A DNA stretch of 64,000 bases, taken from the IMG/VR virus record IMGVR_UViG_3300021171_000005, positions 29,866-93,865 of that record, one strand, 5' to 3'. Below are positions 39,721-49,248 of this stretch, one piece after another (position 1 is the stretch's first letter; every line of letters begins with the position of its first letter). The position numbers and the translations under genes are program-made. The notes beneath the pieces are model-generated. The model worked only from the letters and a program-made list of their open reading frames with translations, was not told the origin of the DNA and ran no database searches. The DNA comes from a virus.

Positions 39721-41613
39721 CTAAAATATTGATTCTTCTGGTTGCGAGGTAATTTCCGGGGCTTTAATATCGCTGATAATCTCCGAGAACGTACAAACTT
39801 TCCCCGCAAACATCAAAGTCGTATAAGAACCACCCGGTCCTTTGTCACGGAACTTCTTGACCGCGATTTGGGTAATGGGGCTGTATTCGTTGTCGTTTGT
39901 CGTAAGGTCTTTGTTGTGTTTAACCTCGTCGCGATGGATGCTAAATACCGTTGCCGAATCGTTCTGAACCGCCTTTGTACCGTCCAAATCTGAGATGTGA
40001 TTGGTCTTGCCTTTGTGCTGCTGATCGGCTTTCCGCGCCTGATGGACAACAATGAATTTGAGATTGTAGGTCGCAGCCATGTTGGTAATGCGTTGCATGG
40101 CCGTAGCCTGCTCTTTGTAGGTATCCCGCCCCGTACCCCGGCAAAGAAAATGCAGATTATCCAAAACCACAACCGTTGGTCGGAAGTGCTTAATCCCGGA
40201 TTCAATTAAATCCAGAACTTGGTCAATGGAGGTTAGGGAAGTATCCCGGCCAATGTAGTAGCGAAAATCGGGGCCGAGAATTTGGGCGGCATTTCTATAA
40301 TCCTGCTCATCCAGATTTAGTCTGTCTTTATGGAGTAAATGTGAAGTGAAAATCGTGTCAATTTGATGAGATGTTAATTCGGCTTGGTAGTTGAGTACTG
40401 TTTCTTTATGCTTCTGCGCTCCGTGAATAGTCGCTTGAAATACCCACGACGATTTACCCATGCCGGAATCTGTTGAAAACACGGTAGTTACGGTGCCCGG
40501 CAAGATAATAGCCATGTCGTCTACGGACTTCCAAGGGAACCGAAACCGGTCAGGATGATCAATGAGTTTGGTATGCTCGCCCGTCATCAAGCTGTGTTGA
40601 ACGCTGTATATGCCTTTAAAGGGTTTCGATTTAGCTTCCGCAGTAAGACTCTCTACCTTAGTCCTAAAGGACTCACTAAATCGATTTATCTCCTTCAGGA
40701 ATACATCAGAAGCATCTTTATGAGGTTTGGCCCACTGAAATCCACAAGCGCGGTCCTTGAGCGCCACACGAAAGCGCTCCATACACTCGATTCCGGGTTT
40801 ATCCGTATCTCCGGCCAATACAACATAATCTGCTAATTCCAGTTTTTCTAGCATTTCCGCTGTAGGCTTGATTTCCGCTCCGGGAACACTACAAGCAGCA
40901 AATCCAGATTGCACCAGAATGGCCATATCGTACCCACCTTCTACCAAGTAGACCGGACTTAGTGGGTCGATTAAATGGTATCCAAACAGGGTATCCGTTT
41001 TCATTCCCGGTACCTTCCTGACCTCTTTGCGAATTATCGACCGAACTTCTAGGGCCGTAACTTCATCGCCATCAATTGCTGGTAAGCAAATCCATCCCTT
41101 GTCAAATACATCTTCCAAGCCAGAACGATAAATTTGCATTCCATCTAAAGTTTGGACAAACCCCATGTGGAGTTTCTTGGCAGTATCGAAGGTTATGCCT
41201 CGTTCTTGCAACAACCAGTTCTGCACAAAAGTATTTGTCGCAAGTGCTTCTTCAAATTTTCTGTATCTGGAAAGCGACAACGTAACAGCCGGTACACTTC
41301 GTTTTTGAAATACTTTTTCGGAGCGTTCTTGGTCTGCCGCGCCCGTCAGATTTTCTACAATTTCACACGCTTTGGAAAAATTACAATTGTCAAGTCGCTG
41401 GATGAATTGAAAAATATTGCCAGCTCCTTGGCAACCAAAACACTTCCAAAGCCATACGCCTTCGTGTTGATATACGGTGAACGACGGGGTATCGTCTTTG
41501 TGAGAAGGGAGGGGGCATTTGCCCAAAAGTTCCGTTCCACGCTTTGTGAGTTTGGCGCGACTACGATAGATATTCAATACTTCAGGGCGCTTTTTTAGTT
41601 CTTCTGGAGTCAT
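39721..41613 (-). CDS. Primase-helicase (CHC2 zinc finger, TOPRIM, SF4 helicase)
   Basis: CP..H.D.TPSF...CFGC; VEGGYD; DTDKPG; GMGKSS; LDNLH; VHQARK. Confidence 0.9.
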   Translation of the reverse strand: MTPEELKKRPEVLNIYRSRAKLTKRGTELLGKCPLPSHKDDTPSFTVYQHEGVWLWKCFGCQGAGNIFQFIQRLDNCNFSKACEIVENLTGAADQERSEKVFQKRSVPAVTLSLSRYRKFEEALATNTFVQNWLLQERGITFDTAKKLHMGFVQTLDGMQIYRSGLEDVFDKGWICLPAIDGDEVTALEVRSIIRKEVRKVPGMKTDTLFGYHLIDPLSPVYLVEGGYDMAILVQSGFAACSVPGAEIKPTAEMLEKLELADYVVLAGDTDKPGIECMERFRVALKDRACGFQWAKPHKDASDVFLKEINRFSESFRTKVESLTAEAKSKPFKGIYSVQHSLMTGEHTKLIDHPDRFRFPWKSVDDMAIILPGTVTTVFSTDSGMGKSSWVFQATIHGAQKHKETVLNYQAELTSHQIDTIFTSHLLHKDRLNLDEQDYRNAAQILGPDFRYYIGRDTSLTSIDQVLDLIESGIKHFRPTVVVLDNLHFLCRGTGRDTYKEQATAMQRITNMAATYNLKFIVVHQARKADQQHKGKTNHISDLDGTKAVQNDSATVFSIHRDEVKHNKDLTTNDNEYSPITQIAVKKFRDKGPGGSYTTLMFAGKVCTFSEIISDIKAPEITSQPEESIF

Positions 41614-42647
41614 AGAATTTTTCCAAAGTCTACTGGCTTAGGAATGTTAGATAGAATCTTTTCAGATTCCGCTTGTCCTTTCTCCACTATGGTTTCGATT
41701 TGTTTATTAGTCTGCTCTATTTTTTCTTGTCGCTTGCGGCGTATCTCAATCAACTGCACGGCGGTTTCTGTAAAGTCCTTAGCTGCGTAATTCAAGTTGA
41801 AGTCTCCGCGATTCGCTAAGAATTCATGGTATGCAGCTTTGATGTCCGCATCTGGATAATTTTTCCGCAGCCGCGCAATTTCTGTAGAAAGCTTGTCATT
41901 GAAAAGAACAACCCCATCGGACAAATCTCCGAGTTCGGTAATTAGAACTTGGCACTCTCGGTCTGTGTGGAGAGTTCTGATGCCTCGCAAAATTCCCGGT
42001 GCTACGTCAAGAAACTCGGCCAACGGCTTCTTGACTGAATCCGGGTCTTGCGCGACGGCCCAATCGCGAAAAGCAGTCGTGACTTCATTCTGCCCAAAGG
42101 CGTCTGTCAGTTCTTTAATCTCCGCCCAAATATTATCCCAACGTTCGGCTTTCATCCCTAAAACCTGAAGACATATGACTGGGATTTGTTTTTTGGCTGA
42201 CATGGTTTCCTCTACTTCCTGTTTTACTGAATCTACTTCAGGTTTTATTGTATATACTTCGTGGGTGGTTTTAACCCCCTCGGCCACGGGGGTTTTTAAC
42301 CCCTCCGCCCCGTCCCCCCTCGGGGGTTTTAAACCCCTCCGGCCACGGGGGTTTTTAACCACCACGGTCCCTCGCTTAACACGGAAGACTGGTGTACGGT
42401 GCCCGTCCTTGCTTTTCTTTTCCCCTACTTGTTCTAGCCAGCCATTTGTCAACAAATATTTCCGGGCATCCTTAAGGGCGTCGATACTCATGCCCAGATC
42501 AGTGCAAATAGAATCGCGGGACGGCCAAGAAGTTCGGCTAGGGCCTTCACGACAATAGTGGTACATCCATACTTTGAAAGCCGGAAAGGGAAGCAAGAAG
42601 ACTTCTTTCCTGTCGCAGAAAAGTTTCTTAAACGGTCTGGAGGGCAC
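41610..42647 (-). CDS. Replication initiator-like protein with N-terminal wHTH
   Basis: WPS...I..DLGMS...L...L...GWL; internal iterons; adjacent to the primase-helicase. Confidence 0.7.
   Translation of the reverse strand: MPSRPFKKLFCDRKEVFLLPFPAFKVWMYHYCREGPSRTSWPSRDSICTDLGMSIDALKDARKYLLTNGWLEQVGEKKSKDGHRTPVFRVKRGTVVVKNPRGRRGLKPPRGDGAEGLKTPVAEGVKTTHEVYTIKPEVDSVKQEVEETMSAKKQIPVICLQVLGMKAERWDNIWAEIKELTDAFGQNEVTTAFRDWAVAQDPDSVKKPLAEFLDVAPGILRGIRTLHTDRECQVLITELGDLSDGVVLFNDKLSTEIARLRKNYPDADIKAAYHEFLANRGDFNLNYAAKDFTETAVQLIEIRRKRQEKIEQTNKQIETIVEKGQAESEKILSNIPKPVDFGKIL
42267..42363. repeat. Iteron cluster, putative replication origin
   Basis: Four GGGGTTTTWAACCCC-like inverted repeats; 21-bp CGGCCACGGGGGTTTTTAACC occurs twice (42281, 42340). 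Confidence 0.75.
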
Positions 42648-43124
42648 CTACGGCCTCCACTGAACTCGGTTGCCTGCCTCTCGCCATACAGAGGTTTCAT
42701 CGCAACATAAATAAATTCTCTGAGGCTCAAACCATTGACCCATGTCCGGTACTTTGAATACATTGTTCATATCGGCCCCTAGAAGTAGAATTTCCAAACC
42801 ATCGCACTGATCTTTGACCGAATTATATATTCTATTAAAATCAAATCCGGAGGGAACACTTCCATTCCAATCCGTAACGGTTACTGGACGAATTTCTACA
42901 AGTGGGCTTTGGCATCGAACAAATTTAGTTCCGTAATATTCGTTGGTATTTGCATATGGGGGAAGATAAAGTTCAAAATCTGGAACCCAATAATTTAAAT
43001 CATACGGCTCATATTTCCATTCCCACCCTATGATATCAAAAGCAGCGGCCCATCTTGCTTCGAGGCGTGATCTAAATTGAGTTCCGTTATAAAAAGTGGG
43101 TCGTGCTACCGTCGTATATGCCAT
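42648..43124 (-). CDS. PD-(D/E)XK-like nuclease
   Basis: FRSRLEARWA..FD...W.YEP...PDF...VEIRP. Confidence 0.7.
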   Translation of the reverse strand: MAYTTVARPTFYNGTQFRSRLEARWAAAFDIIGWEWKYEPYDLNYWVPDFELYLPPYANTNEYYGTKFVRCQSPLVEIRPVTVTDWNGSVPSGFDFNRIYNSVKDQCDGLEILLLGADMNNVFKVPDMGQWFEPQRIYLCCDETSVWREAGNRVQWRP

Positions 43125-43126
43125 AA

Positions 43127-43936
43127 TTAAAGTTCCTCAATCCAATTATCAGATTCCTCGGCTTTTATTTTACCACTAATACGATTCCATTCATACACTT
43201 TTCTTAATGCGAGGAAAGATTCATACGCGGCGTCGATTTGTTTTCTTGTGTATTTATACGGGGTCGCCTTCTCCTCGCCGATTTGCAGAATCCAAGCTTG
43301 CTCAATCTTGATGTCCGGTCTTTGCTCCTCAAAAGCTCCTATGTAGGCGGCGAGTTGCATTTCGTAGGGCTTATAAATCGATTTAGCAGCCTTGAAATCT
43401 ATGAGAGAAGGAATTCCATCCACGATTGCGGCGTGGTCGAGAGTCCCTGAAAATTTGTGCTTTCTGGAATAAACCCGGATTTCATTCCCGATTGATTCTA
43501 TCTTTCGTTTGCCGTACCAATTCAAGGCTTCGTCGAATCGAGCACGGATTGGAGTTCCTGACAGTGGCGGAGCGGCATCTGGTTCAGTGAAATATCGTTC
43601 TAAAGCGGCATGTGCCAGTGTGCCAATATCCGCCGCTTTATCACGGACAGTTTTATAATTGGCCGCCGCGTCTTGAAATGCTTCCTCCAAGAACGCAGCT
43701 CCGTGAATTTGGTCAGGCAGGATACGTTGTCGGCAGACTTCGAGACACATCCGAACTGCCCAATTTTGCAGGGCCGAGCTTTTCCCGAAGTCTGCTAGTG
43801 ATGTAATAGTGGTGACGGACGGACACTGCACTTTAACCCCACGGTCAACGATTTTATATCGATGACTTGCGGGGTTAAAAGATATCGTGACTTCGCCATT
43901 ATAAAGGGAAGTCTGTACTTCTTGCGTCTCTTCCAT
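43127..43936 (-). CDS. PD-(D/E)XK exonuclease (recombination)
   Basis: PSVTTI; GT.AH..LE; GTLD...IDFK; QLAAY. Confidence 0.85.
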   Translation of the reverse strand: MEETQEVQTSLYNGEVTISFNPASHRYKIVDRGVKVQCPSVTTITSLADFGKSSALQNWAVRMCLEVCRQRILPDQIHGAAFLEEAFQDAAANYKTVRDKAADIGTLAHAALERYFTEPDAAPPLSGTPIRARFDEALNWYGKRKIESIGNEIRVYSRKHKFSGTLDHAAIVDGIPSLIDFKAAKSIYKPYEMQLAAYIGAFEEQRPDIKIEQAWILQIGEEKATPYKYTRKQIDAAYESFLALRKVYEWNRISGKIKAEESDNWIEEL

Positions 43937-43948
43937 TTGCGGGGCCGA

Positions 43949-44350
43949 TTAGAACGGTGAATCTTCCCCCACACCGACGGCTTCGAGTTGCGCAGCCTTT
44001 TCTGTTTGTCCATTTCCGGACGGCTTTGAATCGAGCATAACCAATTCGTTCGCCACGACTTCAGTAACGTACTTGGTCTGTCCATCCTTCTCGTAGTTTC
44101 TTGTGGTAAGGCGGCCCTCCAAATAGACGGAGCTGCCCTTTTTAAGATATTCTCCTGCAATTTCTGCAAGTTTGGTCCATGCTACGATGTTTACATACTC
44201 TACGCGGTCCTGCTTTTGCCCGGCCTTATCCTTGTATGACTCATTCAGTGCGATAGAAAAATTCGCCACGGCAGAGCCGCTCGGTGTGTATTTCACAGCT
44301 GGGTCTTTCGTAAGACGACCCACACAAATAAATTTATTAACGCTTCTCAT
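43949..44350 (-). CDS. ssb: Single-stranded DNA-binding protein
   Basis: VNK..VGRL..DP; YLKKGS.VY.EGRL; C-terminal DSPF. Confidence 0.95.
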   Translation of the reverse strand: MRSVNKFICVGRLTKDPAVKYTPSGSAVANFSIALNESYKDKAGQKQDRVEYVNIVAWTKLAEIAGEYLKKGSSVYLEGRLTTRNYEKDGQTKYVTEVVANELVMLDSKPSGNGQTEKAAQLEAVGVGEDSPF

Positions 44351-44442
44351 TTCATTCTCCTATAATCTTCCTATTGCCCATATGATTATTCCCAATATGC
44401 TTACTAAGAAAATCCATTGCGCTGCTAATTCGACTTTGCTTA

Positions 44443-45345
44443 TCATTTTACGAGGTCGGCGAGGCTCCCATTTGATTGCGCGGTCGTGAGGTTCGAAATT
44501 ACCGTGTCCCACTGTCTCTTGGTCAAATCCTTGGCGCTGTCGCGTCCCGTAGACTTGAGAACGTATGTCTTAAGCTTATCGCGATCAATTTCAAATTTGC
44601 CGAGCTGCTTCTTGATCTCTGCCATCTGGTCCGAACTTGGCTTGTCACCAATGACATCAGGTACGTCCGAGTCATTAGCAATTGGCGGGGCGGCCTGAAC
44701 TGGTGGCTCTGGGGCGACCACCGTACTCGATTTGGGAACGGTTATACTCTCTTTCAGAACAGCAGGGCGGCCTCGCTTAGCAGCATTTACTTGTGATGGT
44801 ACGGCACCGCCGACTTGCGATTGTCCAGATGTGGACGGCTTGTCTTCCTGAGGGCCGTCGGTATCTTCGTCGGCGGCGATGCCCAGAACAGTCGAAACTC
44901 CGTACCGACGGTAATAGGTCAGATATGTTCCGAGTTCCTGAGGTTTCACTTGGGTGGGAACGGGCAGCCCCGCATCTTCCAAAACCTCATCTCCTAGCTG
45001 AAGCCGCGTGACCACATACAGTTTGTCCCCATCACGGCGAAGGGGCTGGGAAAACGCAATGCCCTGTTTAGAGAGAGCAGGAACAGCCATGCCCAAAATA
45101 TCAGATAAATCCGCGTATTTATATTCGTATTCGTACGCCCGGCCATCCTTTGTAGTTCCGCGAACCTTGCCGGTTTTGCTCTTGTTTACTGGTTTAAATT
45201 CAGATTGTGCTTTGGCTAGCGCGTCCGCCAATTTGCCTTTTGTGTAGACACTTTGTTGGCCGAAATGACCTGCTTTGAGATCGTGGGTAAAAGTATTGCC
45301 TTCGCTCAGAGCTAGGCTTGCTAATGAATTTACTGGAACGCTCAT
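44443..45345 (-). CDS. ERF-family ssDNA-annealing protein
   Basis: ALAKAQ.EF..V.K...YKYA.L; Q..G..LTY.RRY.....LGIA.DED.D; AAGGAG RBS. Confidence 0.88.
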   Translation of the reverse strand: MSVPVNSLASLALSEGNTFTHDLKAGHFGQQSVYTKGKLADALAKAQSEFKPVNKSKTGKVRGTTKDGRAYEYEYKYADLSDILGMAVPALSKQGIAFSQPLRRDGDKLYVVTRLQLGDEVLEDAGLPVPTQVKPQELGTYLTYYRRYGVSTVLGIAADEDTDGPQEDKPSTSGQSQVGGAVPSQVNAAKRGRPAVLKESITVPKSSTVVAPEPPVQAAPPIANDSDVPDVIGDKPSSDQMAEIKKQLGKFEIDRDKLKTYVLKSTGRDSAKDLTKRQWDTVISNLTTAQSNGSLADLVK

Positions 45346-45362
45346 ATACTCCTTCATGAAGT

Positions 45363-45478
45363 AGGGCCGGATGGTTGGAGGTCCACCCGACCCCGATAGT
45401 TCTTAGCTAGGATCGAACCTGCGGGGTGTCCGGTTCCGCCTAGCACGGTAAACCCGTTGGCTGGTTGCCCCGCATATT
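45363..45478 (-). ncRNA. Structured pseudoknotted 5' leader of the erf-ssb operon
   Basis: Three hairpins plus a 7-bp pseudoknot; wobbles valid on the - strand; begins right after a consensus promoter. Confidence 0.55.
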
Positions 45479-45484
45479 AGAAAT

Positions 45485-45513
45485 ATTATACTGATTAATC
45501 CATATATTGTCAA
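45485..45513 (-). promoter_or_regulatory. Perfect sigma70 promoter
   Basis: TTGACA-17-TATAAT. Confidence 0.85.
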
Positions 45514-46412
45514 TCATTATTTGCGAATGCACTATCCAATAACAATCGCTTATAATGCTCTGGCAATCCCGCAGTAGAAGCTCTCAAAATGCGGGGCACC
45601 GCGTATTCTGCTAATTTCTGCTGGATAAACTCCATTTCCTCTTCGCGGATATCGGACTGTACTTCCTTGATCAGCATGCCGATATCTTTGGGAGAGTTTT
45701 CTAGCTTACCCGCCTCGCGAAGCCGCGCAATTGACTTATTCCACCGAACCTCAGAACGCAAGGTAGCAATGATTCGTTCTACGACATCGCCAAGGGTAGG
45801 ATTGTCGGCTTTCCATTCTTTGCTATGCGTTTCCTTGAATTCCTCTGTGACAAACTTGCCCATTTGTACTTTCTTGTCACGGCCAAATTGATTATAGTTC
45901 TTTACAACAATTCCTTCGATCTTACCGCCGCCAAGAATACTGTCTCTATTCAGCAGATTATAAAGGGTTTCCGGATTGTCTACGAGACCTTCGTAGAGCA
46001 CCGGAGTAATTTCTAGTCCTAGCCGCGCAGCTTCGTCCTCCTTCTCGCGCCGCGTCAAATAGACCTCATCACCCGTATTGACGTCGTAGATGATCACATG
46101 GCCGTTAGGCACGCGCTCATATTTCATCGTGTTGTGCTTGGGCTTTTGAAGGAACTCCGTGCGATAGGTCCAGCCTTCGTGGAGTTGCGGGGCGAGGCGC
46201 TTGGCTGTCTCAATGCCCAGAGAGAACATCTTCTCAGGATTATCGGCGTATAATTCCGCGCCTTTGGAGCGCAGAGCAAGCTCGCCGTTCTGGACACCGA
46301 AAGAGAACTGAGAGCCATCGATCTTCTCTTCGACCAAGACGGGGCCTTGGAAAAGCTCGGGGATGCCCCCGTGTCCAATTGCAAAAACTTTAGGATAAGA
46401 ATGAAGGTTCAT
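45510..46412 (-). CDS. ATP-dependent RNA ligase (Rnl2-like)
   Basis: YPK; EKIDG (motif I); IYDV; EGIVVK; K.V..EFKE. Confidence 0.85.
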   Translation of the reverse strand: MNLHSYPKVFAIGHGGIPELFQGPVLVEEKIDGSQFSFGVQNGELALRSKGAELYADNPEKMFSLGIETAKRLAPQLHEGWTYRTEFLQKPKHNTMKYERVPNGHVIIYDVNTGDEVYLTRREKEDEAARLGLEITPVLYEGLVDNPETLYNLLNRDSILGGGKIEGIVVKNYNQFGRDKKVQMGKFVTEEFKETHSKEWKADNPTLGDVVERIIATLRSEVRWNKSIARLREAGKLENSPKDIGMLIKEVQSDIREEEMEFIQQKLAEYAVPRILRASTAGLPEHYKRLLLDSAFANND

Positions 46413-46432
46413 TAAATTATCTCTTGTTCGGG

Positions 46433-46894
46433 TTACTTGATTGAGTTCTTAGGTTTCCTGCCTTTGATGCACGTATACTTCGGTTTCTCAAAGGCGTCTT
46501 CTGTACTCCATCCAGATAGAATACGCTGTTTTATCATTTGATATTCTAAACCTAACAATTCCGTCCATTCTTTTAAAAGCCGAGTCTCTCCCTTGTAGGC
46601 TATTAGCTTGACCGATCTGCTATTTCTAACTTGCTGTTTCTGAGTAGCCCACCGAAAATTGGTGGGACCGTATCCGCTATTGTTATCGATTCGGTCTAGA
46701 GACGTTCCCGGTGGCTTTGGACTTACGTCCGCCAAGAAATTATCATATTCATGCCAACGATCACACACAAGAATCCCCCGACCGCCATATCTGTGATACC
46801 AAGGCGTGTTGGGGTTGTAACACCGCTGCATCATCGCCTGCCAAGTTTTGTACAGAGGATCAAGCGATCTTTTAGTTTTAGGTCCGCGTTTCAT
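46433..46894 (-). CDS. HNH-like homing endonuclease
   Basis: W..M.QRC.NP....YGGRGI.VC.RW; SLDRIDN..GY.P.N.RWAT. Confidence 0.85.
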   Translation of the reverse strand: MKRGPKTKRSLDPLYKTWQAMMQRCYNPNTPWYHRYGGRGILVCDRWHEYDNFLADVSPKPPGTSLDRIDNNSGYGPTNFRWATQKQQVRNSRSVKLIAYKGETRLLKEWTELLGLEYQMIKQRILSGWSTEDAFEKPKYTCIKGRKPKNSIK

Positions 46895-46920
46895 TAACAC
46901 ATGTGGTGTTGCAGGGAACT

Positions 46921-47217
46921 TTAATTAGTTTCGTGCAATTGGAACTTTACAATTTCCATCATCTCTCGCTGACGGCCTTCAACTTTTTTAGGCTCTGGAT
47001 AAACATCCACGTCCTCGCCATAGTAGCCGCTCGTTACCGTGTGGTTTTCCCACACGCCCTGCAACCAAGCTGTCAGCGCGTTTTGTGCAGATCGTTTCGT
47101 GTAGAACAGGCGAGGCGGTTTTTCATCGGTTGGCTCATCGTAGCTAAAACCCCGCGACTTCTTTCGCATGGGCAAGTATTTTGTAGTACCAAATACCCGA
47201 ATGGCGAATACTTCCAT
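46921..47217 (-). CDS. Hypothetical phage protein
   Basis: PRLF....A.NAL..W motif; GAGG RBS. Confidence 0.55.
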   Translation of the reverse strand: MEVFAIRVFGTTKYLPMRKKSRGFSYDEPTDEKPPRLFYTKRSAQNALTAWLQGVWENHTVTSGYYGEDVDVYPEPKKVEGRQREMMEIVKFQLHETN

Positions 47218-47264
47218 AAAGCCTCGATTAAATCATGAGTTAACTGATGTTATTAAACCTAAAC

Positions 47265-47504
47265 CTATTTCGAAGAAGTCTGCGCCGTCTTGAAAAGAGT
47301 ATGGCAAACAAAACTTAAAATCCACGCTTTTCCTACAGACAACGGGCCTCCAAATAGAGAAGTCAATACCGCAGGTGTGAATAAGTAATTAACCGCCCAT
47401 TTGACAGGATATGCCAGAAGAAAAGATAAAGCGACCACTCCAAGAACCACGATAACAATATTTCCTATAATTTTAGCAGCATCTATCTTATTGTCAGCCA
47501 TCAT
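47265..47504 (-). CDS. Small membrane protein
   Basis: Two hydrophobic segments. Confidence 0.5.
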   Translation of the reverse strand: MMADNKIDAAKIIGNIVIVVLGVVALSFLLAYPVKWAVNYLFTPAVLTSLFGGPLSVGKAWILSFVCHTLFKTAQTSSK

Positions 47505-47731
47505 TGCCCCTTCAAATGCGCGATATATTTCGGATCAGTGTATCGAAGCAAGAAATGAAACCACATCCATGTTATGAACGGCATCGTGACCCACCACGGA
47601 CTGTACCGAACTGTGATCTGAGTGAGCATGGGAGTGGATTTGCCCGGCCCCCATCCGGACCAGAATTCGTAAAACGCCAGCCCCGCAAGAATCAAAACCC
47701 ATCCAATCTCCCAAGCTTTATTCCAGTGCAT
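47501..47731 (-). CDS. Small Trp-rich membrane protein
   Basis: Two TM segments; C-terminal WxWFHF. Confidence 0.5.
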   Translation of the reverse strand: MHWNKAWEIGWVLILAGLAFYEFWSGWGPGKSTPMLTQITVRYSPWWVTMPFITWMWFHFLLRYTDPKYIAHLKGQ

Positions 47732-48599
47732 ATAACAACTCCACGGCCTTCTGAACATATGGCACGTCGGCCTTATCCACGGTCATCGCATACGTGCCAA
47801 GCGTCATTGACTTGCAGGCATGTCCTAGTCTTTGAGCAAGGATTCGCTCAGGCATTCCCACCACACTGGCGAAGAAGGTCGCATTTCCTCGTCTAAGTCC
47901 ATGAAATCCAATGGGTTCCAAACCCTGCGCTCGCATAAGAGGATCGAGCACCCGCGCACGAATTTCCGTAACCCATTGCGGACCACCCGAACGAGTTCGG
48001 AAAACGTAAGCTTCGGCTTGACCCTGTAAACACTGTCCTCGTAGAAGATCAGATAATTCCTTCGAAATGGTAAAACTGCGGTAGGCCGTTGAGGTTTTGG
48101 GTTCTTGAGAACGACCCCCGAAGACAGAACGATTAACTGATAAGGTTCGCTCATTGAAATCAATGTCCTGAGTTTGCAAGCCGAGGGCTTCGCCGATTCG
48201 CAAACCGGTTTCGCACATCAAAGCCACAAAGGGTTTATGATCACCCGCAGCCGAGATAATCTTTTTCATCGATTCGTGGGGCAACCAATCTTGCTGGCTT
48301 TTACGAATCTTCGGCAAAATCGGGGTAGGGAACTCTTTGATAAGACCCTCGCGTTTTGCCTGACCTAAAAGATTCCTGAGAGTTCCGAAGACATTCCGAC
48401 AGGAGCGCGGCATCTGTTCTTTGGCGAGGTCTGAAAAGACTTGTTGGAGCTGCGCGTAGCTGATGTCCGGAAGTGGACAACCGCCAATCTTGGAGTTGAG
48501 CAGTTTAATATGTGAGGACATCGTATGTTGCGACGCCCTTTTCTTCATCGGCAGAATTGTGGTTCGCCAGCGCTCGGAAAATTCTTGAAATGTCTCCAT
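47718..48599 (-). CDS. Tyrosine recombinase lacking an N-terminal arm-binding domain
   Basis: TGLRIGE (R); PKT (K); HGLRR (HxxR); LGH; TYA (Y); 293 aa. Confidence 0.92.
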   Translation of the reverse strand: METFQEFSERWRTTILPMKKRASQHTMSSHIKLLNSKIGGCPLPDISYAQLQQVFSDLAKEQMPRSCRNVFGTLRNLLGQAKREGLIKEFPTPILPKIRKSQQDWLPHESMKKIISAAGDHKPFVALMCETGLRIGEALGLQTQDIDFNERTLSVNRSVFGGRSQEPKTSTAYRSFTISKELSDLLRGQCLQGQAEAYVFRTRSGGPQWVTEIRARVLDPLMRAQGLEPIGFHGLRRGNATFFASVVGMPERILAQRLGHACKSMTLGTYAMTVDKADVPYVQKAVELLYALE

Positions 48600-48699
48600 T
48601 GTGCAACTCCTAACTATTGCATATTATCATGCAACTGTATTGTTCCAGCTACTCAATTGAGATTTGCGAGGCCCGGTTCGGCCCCGCAATTCATCAATA

Positions 48700-48728
48700 A
48701 TCCTACCAATCTACCCGCATTTTGTCAA
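48700..48728 (-). promoter_or_regulatory. Sigma70 promoter upstream of the recombinase
   Basis: TTGACA-17-TAGGAT with extended TG. Confidence 0.6.
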
Positions 48729-48734
48729 GCATTA

Positions 48735-49214
48735 TTACGGGGTTGTTAACGTCACCGAACTCGTCAACGTCTTCGTATAGCATCCTCCGAACCGCGCAAA
48801 ACTAAAGAAGAACGTATACGTAGCATCATAATACCCGCCGACGAATTCGACGTGCTCGGAGCTGGGTCCGGTGCAAACCCGGCCATTCGTGTTGGTCGAG
48901 ATTGGCGGTCCCAATGTAACGTCCGTCACGATAGCGCATGGCGGCTGGCTTCCATCCGGAGCCGTGTAAAACACGTATCCCATTGTCCCGCCGCCGGTAG
49001 AGCAGTCAAAGTTAGGAGCGACGACGATTTGGTTAAGCTCGATCCCTGAGTTATCCTGAGCGGTGTAGTGCGTTCCGTAGAGGGAGAAATAGCCGCGTGT
49101 CGCGGTGCCCCGGAATTGATACATCGTGTTTTGGTAGTAGGTGGTGGAGGTTTGCGCGGTCGCCGCAATCGACAGAAGCAGCCCCGCAATTAGCATCAGC
49201 ATTTTCTTAAACAT
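48735..49214 (-). CDS. Secreted protein
   Basis: Signal peptide MFKKMLMLIAGLLLSIAATA-Q. Confidence 0.6.
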   Translation of the reverse strand: MFKKMLMLIAGLLLSIAATAQTSTTYYQNTMYQFRGTATRGYFSLYGTHYTAQDNSGIELNQIVVAPNFDCSTGGGTMGYVFYTAPDGSQPPCAIVTDVTLGPPISTNTNGRVCTGPSSEHVEFVGGYYDATYTFFFSFARFGGCYTKTLTSSVTLTTP

Positions 49215-49248
49215 TGTTTGTCCTTAGGTTAGGGAATTTAAACAGCTT

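Noticed and set aside
43127-43936. Cas4-like nuclease
   Set aside because: Lacks the four-Cys Fe-S motif, no CRISPR array or cas genes are present, and the context is an ERF/SSB recombination module.
45409-45419. GGTTCGATCC T-loop-like sequence suggesting a tRNA
   Set aside because: No cloverleaf (no D arm, anticodon arm or acceptor stem); it is part of a different hairpin.
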